From: Mizuhopecten yessoensis
Taxonomy: Eukaryota
Assembly (NCBI RefSeq): GCF_002113885.1
Contig: NW_018406397.1
Coordinates: 2,795,716 to 2,859,715 of the forward strand
Direction of reading: 5' to 3'
Length of the DNA: 64,000 nucleotides
Position numbers and translations under genes: made by a program. The stretch's first letter is position 1, and each line of letters opens with the position of its first letter. Below are positions 63,097-64,000 of this stretch, one piece after another. The notes under the pieces were generated by a model. It was given only the letters and a program-made list of their open reading frames with translations. It was not told the origin of the DNA and did no database searches.

Positions 63097-63630
63097 TGTA
63101 ATAGGAGTGGAAAAAGGCACGACGTTCTACCAATTGGAGCTACCTGGTTGCTGACTAAATTCCTCCCCCGGTTTTCTAAGTCTTTGTCCCTGAAGCTCTC
63201 ACTATTGACAACCCAAGTTTGTGTATCCCCTTGCCAAGTATTCACCCAGTACTTGTAACAAGGCTTGGTCACAGGCACCAAATGTAATAGGAGTGGAAAA
63301 ATGCATGGCCAGACTGGGGTTTGAAACTGGGACCTTCTGAACTTTAGTTGGACACTCTACCAATCGAGCTACCTTGTTGCCGACTTCATTCCTCCCCCAG
63401 TTTTCAAAGTCTTTGTCCCTGAAGATCTCACTATTGACAACCCAAGTTTGTGTATCCCCTTGCCAAGTATTCACCCAGTACTTGTAACAAGGGTTGGTCA
63501 CAAGAACCAAATGTAATAGGAGTGGAAAAATGCATGGCCAGACCGGGATTGGAGCCCGAGCCCCTCCAAACTATAGACAGACGCTCTACCAATTGAGCTC
63601 CAACGATTGACCCAGTCCAGTTCTGTTTCA
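63097..63630 (-). mobile_element. Tandem-array TRIM (LTR-internal-LTR-internal-LTR) with tRNA-like LTRs; family B
   Basis: On the minus strand each LTR ends CCTATTACA (63512, 63283, 63097). The first two are followed by TT, a PBS TGGTGCCTGTGACC (tRNA-His-like), a ~120-bp internal region and the purine tract GGGGGAGGAA. LTRs contain AGCTC(G/A)ATTGGTAGAG. Period is 229 bp. Confidence 0.82.
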
Positions 63631-64000
63631 CACGTAGAACATCTAGAAGAAAACTGAAATGGCAAAGAGAATATTGTCAGATTTTTAGCTTACATATTCT
63701 ATGTAAAGTCTTTGTCTCTAATCAAGAGGCAATTTTGTTTTCAAATTTTAAATTCAGGGAGAATTTGCTGCCTATTCTGCCAATCGATAAACCCTAAAGT
63801 GTATGTAATTGCCATAGCAGGGTCATGAGTCATCAAAATGTTTCAACCTTAATCCCTATAAGCATGTTAAGCTGTATGTTATAAAGGTATGAGTTTTGTG
63901 ACAACGCCAGATGGGAGGATCAGGTACAGGTACATTGCTGTACAAAGCTGTAGGTCTACTGTAACAGTTGTTTGTTATAGGGAGAACACAAGTCAGTGAC

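Overview
AT-rich, intron-rich eukaryotic DNA. The repeat repertoire points to a bivalve mollusc (inference). Five protein-coding genes are supported: (1) the first five coding exons of UTP20 on the minus strand, running off the window start; (2) head-to-head with it, an AP-4 beta-adaptin-like gene that stops after the trunk domain; (3) the last exon of a Tctex1-domain dynein light chain; (4) a two-exon gene for an uncharacterised 312-aa protein; (5) the first two coding exons of a glutamate synthase, running off the window end. Non-coding DNA holds three large satellites (49, 41 and 34 bp units), two decayed LINE fragments, tRNA-derived SINEs, Helentron-type elements and nested MITEs. The most notable structure is a set of miniature LTR retroelements (TRIMs) whose LTRs contain a tRNA-like Pol III promoter. 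One family has a tRNA-Leu-like PBS (full copy plus a solo LTR with a 4-bp TSD); the other has a tRNA-His-like PBS (three-LTR tandem array). Both share an internal motif. This architecture matches the described Helenus type of TRIM, so any novelty is at family or mechanism level. Most short ORFs in the supplied track are artefacts. All assignments are by eye, without database searches.
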